Virus record (IMG/VR): IMGVR_UViG_3300042894_008159
Coordinates: 1 to 64,000 of that record
DNA length: 64,000 nt
Direction: 5' to 3' (one strand)
DNA from: an uncultured virus (IMG/VR IMGVR_UViG_3300042894_008159)
Lineage: Duplodnaviria; Heunggongvirae; Uroviricota; Caudoviricetes
Shown here: positions 40,051 to 49,252 of the stretch, one piece after another
How positions within the stretch are numbered: the first letter of the stretch is position 1
Layout of the letters: every line of letters begins with the position of its first letter
The notes under the pieces: generated by a model
The model's database searches: none
The model's input: only the letters and a program-made list of their open reading frames with translations
Told to the model about the DNA's origin: nothing
Translations under genes and position numbers: made by a program

Positions 40051-41213
40051 TAGACCTGACTAGCGTATATTTTTCCGGCCAATGGATCTACCTGATAGAC
40101 CTGAACCCGAATGGTATCTCCTGCCTGGAGATTTTTGGAATTCTTGCCCAGTTTTTCCTGTGGAACAAGAGCAAGCTGGCCAGAGTCTCCAATTTCAATT
40201 AAGGCACCATTTTTTCTTTTGTGTTTAACGATGGCATCCATGGGTTCTGAGGTGCCGTCTTCTACATTTTTCTTCAATTCGTACATCCATTTATTTTTCT
40301 CTAGAGGTTCCCCGAAGGTCAAAGTCAGACGGTTGTCGTCCTTAATTTCTTTAATGTAAAATTCGATCTCATCGCCTGGATTGAAACCTTCGATGACCTG
40401 ATTTTCAAATTCTGTTTTATGAATCAATCCAGTGAAAATCTCTTCCCATTCAACAAATACACCAAAGGCGGAAGTTCCGGTGACGTGACCCTTGTATTTT
40501 TTGGTCATATCCAATTCTTGGATCTTGTGATCCATGATTTTGTGTAAATACTTCTTGTAAGAAACAACAAAGATGTCTTTAGCAGCAACATAACCATCGA
40601 TCATAACATAAAATCTCTTGCCAATGTAGGAGTCGAAATCTGTGATCTTGTTGGCTGCTGCCAGAGATCCAGGAAGAAAACACTCAACTCCATTGACATC
40701 TACCAGATAACCCCCTTTGTTGATGGATTTTACCCTTGCCTCATATGCTAAGGTTTGCTTTTTGATTTGGTCGAAAAATTCTGCCTTTAAATTTTGAATG
40801 TAACAATCTACGACAGAACCATAATAGGTGCCGGCGATTTGACGAACGGCTGCTTGAATTTCCGAGCCCACTTCAAAGTTGATGGCATCCATCAGGCCCA
40901 ATCTGGCAGCATCTTTGGACTCTTTTTTAAGGTCGATATAGATGGTTTGCCCAGACTCTGTTTGTGCTAAGGCGTGGGTGGAATCAGAAGCCGAAATAAC
41001 ACACGAATATGAACCCCCAGCGGACAAATCCTTTGAAGTTCTAAACCCGCTCATGCTGCCGGTCATCAGATTGTACAATTCCAAAGCATAACTTTCATGA
41101 CAGTAAACTTTGGTCTTCTCGGCGGTTTTAAATTTTGGATTTACCGTGAAGTTGTTGGGAATGTCCCAGTTGAAACTAGAAGTTTCTACTAAAATTTTTT
41201 TGGATGATTTCAT
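40050..41213 (-). CDS. rpsA: Ribosomal protein bS1-like protein (about four S1/OB domains)
   Basis: ARVKSINKGGYLVDVNGVECFLPGS...VVSYK; GHVTGTSAFGVFVE...GLIHKTE...GDEIEFYI; a fourth S1 domain at the C-terminus. Likely start MKSSKK at 41213. Confidence 0.85.
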   Translation of the reverse strand: MKSSKKILVETSSFNWDIPNNFTVNPKFKTAEKTKVYCHESYALELYNLMTGSMSGFRTSKDLSAGGSYSCVISASDSTHALAQTESGQTIYIDLKKESKDAARLGLMDAINFEVGSEIQAAVRQIAGTYYGSVVDCYIQNLKAEFFDQIKKQTLAYEARVKSINKGGYLVDVNGVECFLPGSLAAANKITDFDSYIGKRFYVMIDGYVAAKDIFVVSYKKYLHKIMDHKIQELDMTKKYKGHVTGTSAFGVFVEWEEIFTGLIHKTEFENQVIEGFNPGDEIEFYIKEIKDDNRLTLTFGEPLEKNKWMYELKKNVEDGTSEPMDAIVKHKRKNGALIEIGDSGQLALVPQEKLGKNSKNLQAGDTIRVQVYQVDPLAGKIYASQV

Positions 41214-41237
41214 TTTTTTTGGTTTAAAAAGACCATC

Positions 41238-41245
41238 TATATATC
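41238..41245 (-). promoter_or_regulatory. Putative late promoter GATATATA
   Basis: About 25 nt upstream of ATG 41213. Confidence 0.7.
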
Positions 41246-41279
41246 TTTTTAAAACCAAGATTCAAACTTCGATTGTATG

Positions 41280-44105
41280 CTAGTCTCTCAAAGCAGGAAG
41301 CAAAATATCTTTAGCAAATCTGAAATTAAAATTAACATAGTATCTCACTTGACTAGCTTTAAATCTAAATTCCGTGGTTTCAATTTCTGGATCGTATTTT
41401 GTAAAAAAAGAATAATCCAAAAAGGATTGGTACAGTGGTCCATTGTTAATTATCTTGAATTCGCTTTCGCCGTTCTCCGTTAAAGCCCAAACTGTAATAG
41501 GAATAGATTTGTTTACCAATTCATTTTGACTTTCATTTCTGATATCATTTGCAATAGAAGTAAGAGGATTTAGACTAGCTAAGAAATCTATGATAGTATT
41601 TGAGTTTTCTTGACTACTACTTGTAGCCCTAAAGGAAAGCTCATATGCAACTCTAGACAAAACTTTCAGATTTTCTCCTATTTGGTTCAGTGTTAAAGAA
41701 TCCCATCTGAAATTAGATTGAAATTCGACAGGAAGATTTGATCTGTAAACACGAGTTGATTTTCCCTCTGCTTGCCTTGCTTTTTGTAAATCCAAAAACA
41801 CTTCTTGAATTCCCCCTTCCGTGTTGGGTGTTTTTTCAGACCCTCCTGGACTTCCTGGATTAATTTCTTTTAATTGAATTTCCCGAAAGAATTCTTCTGA
41901 GGCTTCTCTTCCTTCCCCGGATTTATACTCACCAAAATTTCTTCTATCTGGGTCTAATTCAATGTCCAAAGAAGAAATAAAACCTTGAAGAAAATCCGAA
42001 GAACCCTCTTGTGTCAGAGAAGATGGGGTTTGTTGAGTATTTCTATTTCCAGAAAATATACATTTAAAACATAAAGGAATAAGAGAAGGTATTTCGGAGG
42101 CAAGAGCCACTGTAATAGAAAAAATTCCCTTTATGCTTTCCCAGGCGGCTATGGCCTTCATTGGCAAGTAACGCTCTAAAATAAACAAAAAAGTTTTATT
42201 TGGATTGTTTACACTGATTGATGCTTTAAATTGATCCGAAACAATACCGTTGAAGGCGGATTGGAGCTGTTGATTTTCTTGGGTGGCATAAACTTCGGTT
42301 ACATTCACCGGTTGTACTAAATATTCAAAATAAGTTTGGTTGTTATTTTCAATTAGATTTTTTCCTGAAACCCTAAAATTTTGAAATTGGCCATTAGAGC
42401 TAAGATAAAAGGTGTCACCAATCCCTAGGGAAGTCAAATAGGCAAGACCGTTTTCGACAGTGTCAGTAATTGTGCTAAATCTCATCGATGTATTTTGACT
42501 TAAGATTGGTGATTGCAAACTTACTTCTCCTAGATCTGGAATGGGATTCTGTGTCAAATTATAACTTAATTGAACAATTGGATTTTCTCCTGGTGGGATT
42601 TTTAATTTGGCTGATTCTTGAACGAAAAAATTAGAATCTGGATTGTAATTTGCCAACTTGTTTTTAAATCTTCCACAAATCAAATCAGAAAACAAAGGTT
42701 TTAAACCTCTTCCTCTATCAACAGGATCTTGAACTAGCTCATTCCACTGAATCAAAGGAGCTAAAGGAGGTTCTAAATATACCCTCAGGAATTTCAAAAA
42801 AGCATCTGAAATAATGTCACATAAAAATCTCAAAGGATTAGAAATAATTAGAAAAATAATTCTGATTAAAGAAATTGGGTTACTTATTTGAGAAAGTATT
42901 GTTTTAAATACAGAAACAACGACCTCTATTGGTAGCAACAGTAACTTCAGATAATTCAAAATCATTCGAATCATAAACAAAGGATTATCCGTTCCGATTT
43001 GGATTAAACGAGCCAGGTTTATCATTTCTAACTTGGAGTCCTCTTGTGAACTTCTAAATCTGGGATCCTTTTGTATTTCTTCCCAATCGATAACTGGGAA
43101 AATTCCATCGATCATATCACTAAGAACTTTTGAGAAATCCAAATTGGTTTCCGCCTCTAATTTCTTAACAAATTTGTAAGTTGGATTCGTTTCGCTCAAT
43201 CTATCGAAATTTCCCAATTCTAAGGATATAGGTAAACTAATACCAAATGCCGTAAGAGGAATTATTAATTTTCCCTGTTCATTCAGGAATTGTCTTAATG
43301 AAATTTTTCTAGAAATTCTGAGAGAAACGGAGGAGAATCCAGGAACGAAAACTTTTTCTTGTTGTGATACGAAAGAAGGAGAAGAAGTTGCCTGAAGCTG
43401 AAAAAATAATTGGATGAAATTAGTTTGTATTTCAATTTCTGAAACTTGATATGTATTGGTAAAGTTTTCAAAATCAAGTGAAAAATAATCACCAGGTTTT
43501 AGAAATAACAAAGGAGAATCCCTTTCGCCAGATTCACTCGTGAAATTAACTTTCATTTGTTGAAGATTATCTGGTGATCTATCAGGAGAGGTGATCAATC
43601 CTGGGGGTGGATCCAAAATAGAATCAAATTCTATTTTGTAGTTTAACAATGTATTAACAGATTGAACATCGTTACCTACTGTGTTTATGTCACTTATTAG
43701 ATTCTGTATATCTCCACTAGAAGTTCTAATTCCAAAAAGCAAGGCAACTGGAAACGGAAAATCTTGTGCTAAAGGAATATTTACCGCTTGGTTTAAAAGT
43801 GTTTGTATTGGATTTCGTAACAATTCTGCAACTTCTTCAGTCCTTTCCCTGATGAATTTTAAAACTCTCAATTTAGTGAAAGCTTCTGTTAAAATTTGTT
43901 TCCCTTTTATAATTGGAAGAAAATTCACCAAAATAGATTTTTCAAAAATTTTGATTTGTAACTTAACCAATAAGCCAAGGCCAGGTAATGCCGGGTTGGG
44001 AATTTTAAATTTACTTTCACCTAAAATTTCGTCAGATGTTTTATTAACATTATTTACGAAATTATCAATCTGATCATCAGTTAAACACTTAGGAATTATT
44101 GACAT
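41280..44105 (-). CDS. Large tail-tip-associated protein with hydrophobic helices (941 aa)
   Basis: Directly downstream of the spike gene; hydrophobic segment ILNYLKLLLLPIEVVVSVF...LIRIIFLIISNPL; two similar beta domains. Confidence 0.6.
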   Translation of the reverse strand: MSIIPKCLTDDQIDNFVNNVNKTSDEILGESKFKIPNPALPGLGLLVKLQIKIFEKSILVNFLPIIKGKQILTEAFTKLRVLKFIRERTEEVAELLRNPIQTLLNQAVNIPLAQDFPFPVALLFGIRTSSGDIQNLISDINTVGNDVQSVNTLLNYKIEFDSILDPPPGLITSPDRSPDNLQQMKVNFTSESGERDSPLLFLKPGDYFSLDFENFTNTYQVSEIEIQTNFIQLFFQLQATSSPSFVSQQEKVFVPGFSSVSLRISRKISLRQFLNEQGKLIIPLTAFGISLPISLELGNFDRLSETNPTYKFVKKLEAETNLDFSKVLSDMIDGIFPVIDWEEIQKDPRFRSSQEDSKLEMINLARLIQIGTDNPLFMIRMILNYLKLLLLPIEVVVSVFKTILSQISNPISLIRIIFLIISNPLRFLCDIISDAFLKFLRVYLEPPLAPLIQWNELVQDPVDRGRGLKPLFSDLICGRFKNKLANYNPDSNFFVQESAKLKIPPGENPIVQLSYNLTQNPIPDLGEVSLQSPILSQNTSMRFSTITDTVENGLAYLTSLGIGDTFYLSSNGQFQNFRVSGKNLIENNNQTYFEYLVQPVNVTEVYATQENQQLQSAFNGIVSDQFKASISVNNPNKTFLFILERYLPMKAIAAWESIKGIFSITVALASEIPSLIPLCFKCIFSGNRNTQQTPSSLTQEGSSDFLQGFISSLDIELDPDRRNFGEYKSGEGREASEEFFREIQLKEINPGSPGGSEKTPNTEGGIQEVFLDLQKARQAEGKSTRVYRSNLPVEFQSNFRWDSLTLNQIGENLKVLSRVAYELSFRATSSSQENSNTIIDFLASLNPLTSIANDIRNESQNELVNKSIPITVWALTENGESEFKIINNGPLYQSFLDYSFFTKYDPEIETTEFRFKASQVRYYVNFNFRFAKDILLPALRD

Positions 44106-44107
44106 GC

Positions 44108-44776
44108 TTATCTAGTTTTACTCACAGTAGACAAATGATTGGGAGTAGATGGAACGACAGGAGGTGAAGTGGGTGCACCCAAATTACCAACATGAGTATG
44201 GGAATTAAAATAGGTTTGGAAAGTGTTTCCTTTAATGACTGCCTCAATAGCAGCTTCTCCCAACTCGATGTTATTAGAGTTAATGATTACTTTGTTATTT
44301 TCCATCCGGATTTGATCCTGGCCCATCTCAATAATAACTCTGAGCTGACCTCCGTCTTGTGTATCAAACTGGATCTTTGCATCTCCTAAAGAGAATACAG
44401 CTCCTTTCTTTTTCGTGTAAAATAAAGTCAACGGTCCAGGTTCAGCTTCTGTGTCATACACGATAACCTGTGCTCCCTCGTAGGAATCGGCTATCTCTGC
44501 CAACATGTCTTGGGCATAGTCCTTCTCACCATAATAGTTCATTTTATAGTAATTCTGTCCATCAAACTGAACCACAACTATGGCACCCAACTTAGGGATG
44601 GAGATTGTTCCAGATCCGCCCTTTCCGAAAGAAAGTCCACTTATTTGACTAGCCCATGGAATATCTTCGTGGTCTAGTCCATCAAAAAGTCCAAAAACTC
44701 TAATCCGTGCTCGACCGGATTTTCTGGGATCGTTAATGTCTACGACCTGCCCTAAATAAAATCGAGGATTTGCCAT
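44108..44776 (-). CDS. Baseplate central spike (gp5/gpV-like OB-fold with an HxH apex)
   Basis: GQVVDINDP.KSGRARIRVFG, IPWA, IPKLGAIVVVQF, FNSHTH.GNLGAPTSPP. Confidence 0.9.
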   Translation of the reverse strand: MANPRFYLGQVVDINDPRKSGRARIRVFGLFDGLDHEDIPWASQISGLSFGKGGSGTISIPKLGAIVVVQFDGQNYYKMNYYGEKDYAQDMLAEIADSYEGAQVIVYDTEAEPGPLTLFYTKKKGAVFSLGDAKIQFDTQDGGQLRVIIEMGQDQIRMENNKVIINSNNIELGEAAIEAVIKGNTFQTYFNSHTHVGNLGAPTSPPVVPSTPNHLSTVSKTR

Positions 44777-47136
44777 TACTGTTCGTCTTCTATCTCTTCA
44801 GTAGGATTGAACTTACCTAAACTAGGATTGAATTTAGTAGAAGGTTTCATGTTGCCTAAGTTCAGAGGGGGTTCTACAATAAAATCTCCAACCGTAGGCG
44901 GATATACATCACCCAGTCCCCCTTGCATTGGCCGGGGTGGGGAAGCCTGATAGACAGATCCAGGAGGTTGGGTAAAAGAATTTTCTACAGATCTTAGCTC
45001 TCCGGCCACATTTGACAAAGTACTAGGAGTATAAACTTGTTCTCTAGGAAGTGTGTTTGGAAAAATAGTATCGGTATAAACATCATCACTTGTAATAGGA
45101 TACACTCTATCTGGAACGTCCAAATCAGGTCCAGGTACCCCAGAATAAATGTCTCCAATAGGATCTGTGGGATAAACCCTATCTGGTACACCCAGATCTC
45201 TCCCGGGCACATCCGTGTACACGTCCCCGCCCGGTGGCGGGTACACCCGATCGGGAGATCCCAGATCTGAACCTGGTACGTTGTCATACACATCTCCACC
45301 TGGAGGTGTATATACCCTGTCGGGGACACCTAAATCAGATCCAGGAACATCGGCATAAACATCACCCACTGGATTTGGATAAACCCTATCTGGTACACCC
45401 AAATCTGAGCCCGGAACATCTGTATAAACATCCCCTACTGGATTTGGATAAACCCTATCGGGTACACCCAAATCTGAACCAGGAACGTTGTTATAAGCAT
45501 CTCCGGTAGGGATCGGATATACTCTGTCTGGTACACCTAAATCAGATCCAGGGACAGAATTATAAACGTCTCCTCCCGGGGGTGGATAAACTCTAGAAGG
45601 TGTTCCTAAATCGGTGCCAGGAACTCTAGGATAAACATCTTGTGGGGGAGAAATCGGTGGATATGCTCGTTCCGGAGGTCCACCGAGGCCAACCTTTTGT
45701 GGGTTAGGTAAATTACCCTTAAAGATATTATCAATTCCGGTTGATGCCGCCCCATTGAGAAAATTCTGGGCATCGTTGAAATTAAATCCATTGGGTGTAA
45801 CCAATCGGCCAATTTGTGAAGGATTAAAAGAATAAATGTTTCCAAGTAAAGATTGGTTTAATCCACTTAAAGCGGGATTCACAAATTGATTAATTCCTTC
45901 ATTCACCAGATCGTTAATTGCTGCCGAAGTGAAATTTGTAATCAATTCATTAGCTTGGCTGGCAATTGTTTCCAACGTTAAAGCAGCAGTTTGGACCGAG
46001 GTTCGATCTTGATAGGCACCATCAGCCAGGATCAAAGGTTTTTTGTCGTTTCTAATATTGGGATATTGATTCTTCATTCTAACCTTTCCCACGTGAATCT
46101 TGAAACTTTGTTTTGCCATTAAAGAATCTGCCGAAGAGCTTCCCATGTCTATAGATGAAGCCAAAGGTGTACTGGAACTGAAATCAAATTCACACTGATG
46201 GCACTCGTAAATAAAAACAGGTTTTATGCCACTTTGGTCCTGCTGATTACGAAAAGCCTGAACATCATTTTGCAATCCAGATTGACCAAAAACGTTTGAT
46301 GCAAAAGAGGTGAAAGAGTTTCCTGGATTCCCTGATAAATTTTCGATGGGATCGTCTATTCCTAAATTTTGAATATTAGAACCAGGATTTCGATTAGTTG
46401 TGAGAACATTCGTCAAATTATCCAAAGAAGCTAGAACTGTTGATGATCCGGTCAATCTTGAGGTTTTAAAAAAATTGCGAATCTCCGTCACGAAAATGTA
46501 CATCGTGAATTTTCTTAGATTTCTAGGAACTAACCATCTCATATTGTCAGCATCGAACATGGCTGTTTCATACAAATCGGCCAATGCAGAAATTCTTAGA
46601 TTTAGGGATTCCAAACAGTTGATCGTTAAAGTTTTTCCATCGGTTTTTTGAGGATTGAAATTGTCAAATCCTGCTTCGTCTTGAAACCCTGTTCTGGCAA
46701 TTTTCTCTAACTTATCAAGACCATCAATGGATTGAAAAAACCAAGGCGAATTGTTGTTGATGTTAGCCAATAAAACTTGAAATTGACGCAAAGCATTAGC
46801 TCTTTTGGTTTGATTAGAACCGACCAAGAAACCCCCTTCTCTTTCCAACAAATAATTGAAGGTGGAATAGTAGATTGGACCACCTAGATTGTAGGCATCT
46901 TGCCCAAATGGATTTTCAAGTCCAGAAGCCATACCAGCTCCATTTCCGGCAGTATAATTAGGGATTCTCAGTAAAGGACTAGGTGCCCAACCGTAATCTG
47001 GATTGATTGGCAATACTCCAAAATCAAAGACAAACTTGAATCCCAAATAAGTAGGATCTTCATTTTTGCCCTGATCTGAAAGTCTAAATCCCTTCAGGAA
47101 CAAATTTCTGTTTCTGTCTGTAGCCTGGATTCCCAT
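44776..47136 (-). CDS. Tube-fold baseplate protein (gp48/gp54-like N-terminus) with a 23-aa tandem repeat tail
   Basis: DPTYLGFKFVF, PWFFQSIDGL, LTINCLESLNLRI, NLRKFTMYIFVTEIR; C-terminal PGSDLGVPDRVY repeats. Confidence 0.6.
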   Translation of the reverse strand: MGIQATDRNRNLFLKGFRLSDQGKNEDPTYLGFKFVFDFGVLPINPDYGWAPSPLLRIPNYTAGNGAGMASGLENPFGQDAYNLGGPIYYSTFNYLLEREGGFLVGSNQTKRANALRQFQVLLANINNNSPWFFQSIDGLDKLEKIARTGFQDEAGFDNFNPQKTDGKTLTINCLESLNLRISALADLYETAMFDADNMRWLVPRNLRKFTMYIFVTEIRNFFKTSRLTGSSTVLASLDNLTNVLTTNRNPGSNIQNLGIDDPIENLSGNPGNSFTSFASNVFGQSGLQNDVQAFRNQQDQSGIKPVFIYECHQCEFDFSSSTPLASSIDMGSSSADSLMAKQSFKIHVGKVRMKNQYPNIRNDKKPLILADGAYQDRTSVQTAALTLETIASQANELITNFTSAAINDLVNEGINQFVNPALSGLNQSLLGNIYSFNPSQIGRLVTPNGFNFNDAQNFLNGAASTGIDNIFKGNLPNPQKVGLGGPPERAYPPISPPQDVYPRVPGTDLGTPSRVYPPPGGDVYNSVPGSDLGVPDRVYPIPTGDAYNNVPGSDLGVPDRVYPNPVGDVYTDVPGSDLGVPDRVYPNPVGDVYADVPGSDLGVPDRVYTPPGGDVYDNVPGSDLGSPDRVYPPPGGDVYTDVPGRDLGVPDRVYPTDPIGDIYSGVPGPDLDVPDRVYPITSDDVYTDTIFPNTLPREQVYTPSTLSNVAGELRSVENSFTQPPGSVYQASPPRPMQGGLGDVYPPTVGDFIVEPPLNLGNMKPSTKFNPSLGKFNPTEEIEDEQ
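45090..45670 (-). repeat. About 8 copies of a 69-nt / 23-aa repeat (GDVYxxVPGSDLGVPDRVYPxP)
   Basis: ggataaaccctatc at about 45377 and 45446; 8 PGxDL cores in the translation. Confidence 0.9.
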
Positions 47137-47144
47137 GATTGTAT

Positions 47145-48647
47145 TTATCCAGTAATAAGATTTATTGGGAATGTTTTGGGGAATTGACCTGCACTATTTA
47201 AAATCCATTCTCTCTTACATAAATCAAGTTGCATGTAAATTCCTCTATAAGATTCATAATTAACCTTAATTCCCATAACAATGTAAATACCAGAAAGAAA
47301 TCGATCTAAGACTGGATTAATGTCCTGCTCTGGATTTTGGTTGTTGTTTGATCCTGTATTTTCTTTTCTTTTCCCTTGATCATTTACGTAGATAAAAACA
47401 GGAATGGCCATTCCCCTGTATATTCCACCATAATAAGAAGCGGTTTCAACTCTCAATGTGAATTTCCTTATATCATCATTGTTAATTTCATTTTGAACTA
47501 GTGCCTGAATAAAATTTTCATGTACTCCACCATCCTGGAAATTATTTAAAATCCCATACCAATTTTTTCGGAATTCTCTTTGGTATAATTTTTCTTTTGC
47601 CCTGCCCCTTTGTAGGATCATGTTCTCACCTACGCTCTCTGTTGTTATTGTTTCAACTGTGTACCTTATGTACTTTTCAATTTCATTTTCCGTGACCAGG
47701 CCCTCATCCCAAAATTGTACTTCGTGGATGTATCCTTGATGGTTGGTGATGTTTCCTGCATTCGAAATCAAAGTATAACCCTGTATATAGGTTGGCAAAT
47801 CGCTATTTCCTTTTTCATTACTAAGAACCAAAGGAATCTGTTGCTCTGATAATTCACTTTTCGGGAAAGCAGTATCGTCTGATGTTCCGGTAGCAGAACC
47901 CCTAACAACCCGACATTCCTGTACAACATCAGATGTCGAAATTTGGTTGTTTAGATTTACAAAATTGAGATTATAATAACAATCTATGAAAGACGTAAAA
48001 AAACTTCTATCATCTTTGTAAGACCTTGATACAACCTCCCGGATAAAATCATAGTATGACATATTAGGACAAATCCACGTCATGTTATCTATTACTTCCG
48101 TTTCATTCGTAGAAAATCCTAAATCTAAATCTTGAGAAACTTGAAATAAGACATCATAAGAAGTGGAATTTCTAAAAGCCTTAGATACCTCATTATATAA
48201 AGCAGGGATTCGACATTCACCCAAAATATTAAATGTAATTCCATTGCCTTCCGAATTACCAGAAACGCCGGATTTAACGGTTAAGATATTAAAGTCCATT
48301 CTCAAAGGTCGATAAACTGAAACCCAGCTTCGAAAATAAACAGATACAATATCACCATCTTTAGGATAATTAACACTGAGGAACATGGGATTTTCCATAG
48401 AAAATTGGAATCTTATTTCTGGCAAAAAACCAGACATGTCCAATTCTAAATGAGATAAATATTTGTCTACAAAATAACCATTAATAAAAACAACAGGTTT
48501 ATATCCGCCGAAAGATTTATCATCGGCGTCCATTAAGGCGTCATCTAAACCTTGGTTGTCTCCTCCGGTTCTATTCGGAACAGCCAACTGATCCAGCTGA
48601 ATACTGGTTCTGGCAACATTATTAATGATGATTTGATCGGCCGCCAT
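47145..48647 (-). CDS. Baseplate hub protein (gp27/GPD-like)
   Basis: 500 aa, upstream of the spike; TSYDVLFQVSQDLDLGF, WICPN, FIDCYYNLNFVNL, LSGIYIVMGIKVNY. Confidence 0.65.
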   Translation of the reverse strand: MAADQIIINNVARTSIQLDQLAVPNRTGGDNQGLDDALMDADDKSFGGYKPVVFINGYFVDKYLSHLELDMSGFLPEIRFQFSMENPMFLSVNYPKDGDIVSVYFRSWVSVYRPLRMDFNILTVKSGVSGNSEGNGITFNILGECRIPALYNEVSKAFRNSTSYDVLFQVSQDLDLGFSTNETEVIDNMTWICPNMSYYDFIREVVSRSYKDDRSFFTSFIDCYYNLNFVNLNNQISTSDVVQECRVVRGSATGTSDDTAFPKSELSEQQIPLVLSNEKGNSDLPTYIQGYTLISNAGNITNHQGYIHEVQFWDEGLVTENEIEKYIRYTVETITTESVGENMILQRGRAKEKLYQREFRKNWYGILNNFQDGGVHENFIQALVQNEINNDDIRKFTLRVETASYYGGIYRGMAIPVFIYVNDQGKRKENTGSNNNQNPEQDINPVLDRFLSGIYIVMGIKVNYESYRGIYMQLDLCKREWILNSAGQFPKTFPINLITG

Positions 48648-48649
48648 AT

Positions 48650-49249
48650 TTAGTTGGGGATGGAGTTAAAATTACCTGCAGGATTAGCTGGAGCGTTACT
48701 AACATCTGGGGCCAATCCAATAACAACATTAGTTCTAACTGTTTGTCTTTCTCCAGGCTGGGTAACATTCGGTGGCAAAATTTGATCGGGTGCATTTTTG
48801 GCTTTACCCCTTTGTTCTAAAAATTTCTGTCTTGAATTAGAAATCTTAAATTTCTTCTGTTCTTGAACATCTCTAAATTGCTGATTTGGATTGTTGGTTG
48901 TGTTGGACTGAAGCAAGGTTGCTTGTTTCAAAGCGAAAGAAGCTTCAATTCTTTCCTGTAAAGGAATAACAATCAAGTTCCCTTCTTTCAACGCAAATGG
49001 GTTTGAAATGTTGTTGATTTTCATAAGAGATCCGGTATAAGAAAGATCCCCAAAAGCCTGGAAAGCTAATTGATCTGGTCTCATTTGAAATTCCTCTCTC
49101 ACCAAAAAGTAACGATTAATCTTCAGATTTATATTTCGAAAATCCATCGACCCAGCGGTTAAATCCCAAATCCCAACACCATTGTTCTGTAAATCCTTAT
49201 TGGGATTAAAAACACTTTTGTTCTGATATAAAGTATCAATATTTAACAT
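48650..49249 (-). CDS. Baseplate wedge gp53 / LysM-like protein
   Basis: MRPDQLAFQAFGDLSYTGSLMKINNISNPFALKEG..IVIP. Confidence 0.75.
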   Translation of the reverse strand: MLNIDTLYQNKSVFNPNKDLQNNGVGIWDLTAGSMDFRNINLKINRYFLVREEFQMRPDQLAFQAFGDLSYTGSLMKINNISNPFALKEGNLIVIPLQERIEASFALKQATLLQSNTTNNPNQQFRDVQEQKKFKISNSRQKFLEQRGKAKNAPDQILPPNVTQPGERQTVRTNVVIGLAPDVSNAPANPAGNFNSIPN

Positions 49250-49252
49250 AAA

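Noticed and set aside
45090..45670. CRISPR-like array suggested by regularly spaced repeats
   Set aside because: The period is a multiple of 3, copies differ at synonymous positions and there are no unique spacers, so it is a protein repeat. The same applies to 1-4200 and 29190-29580.
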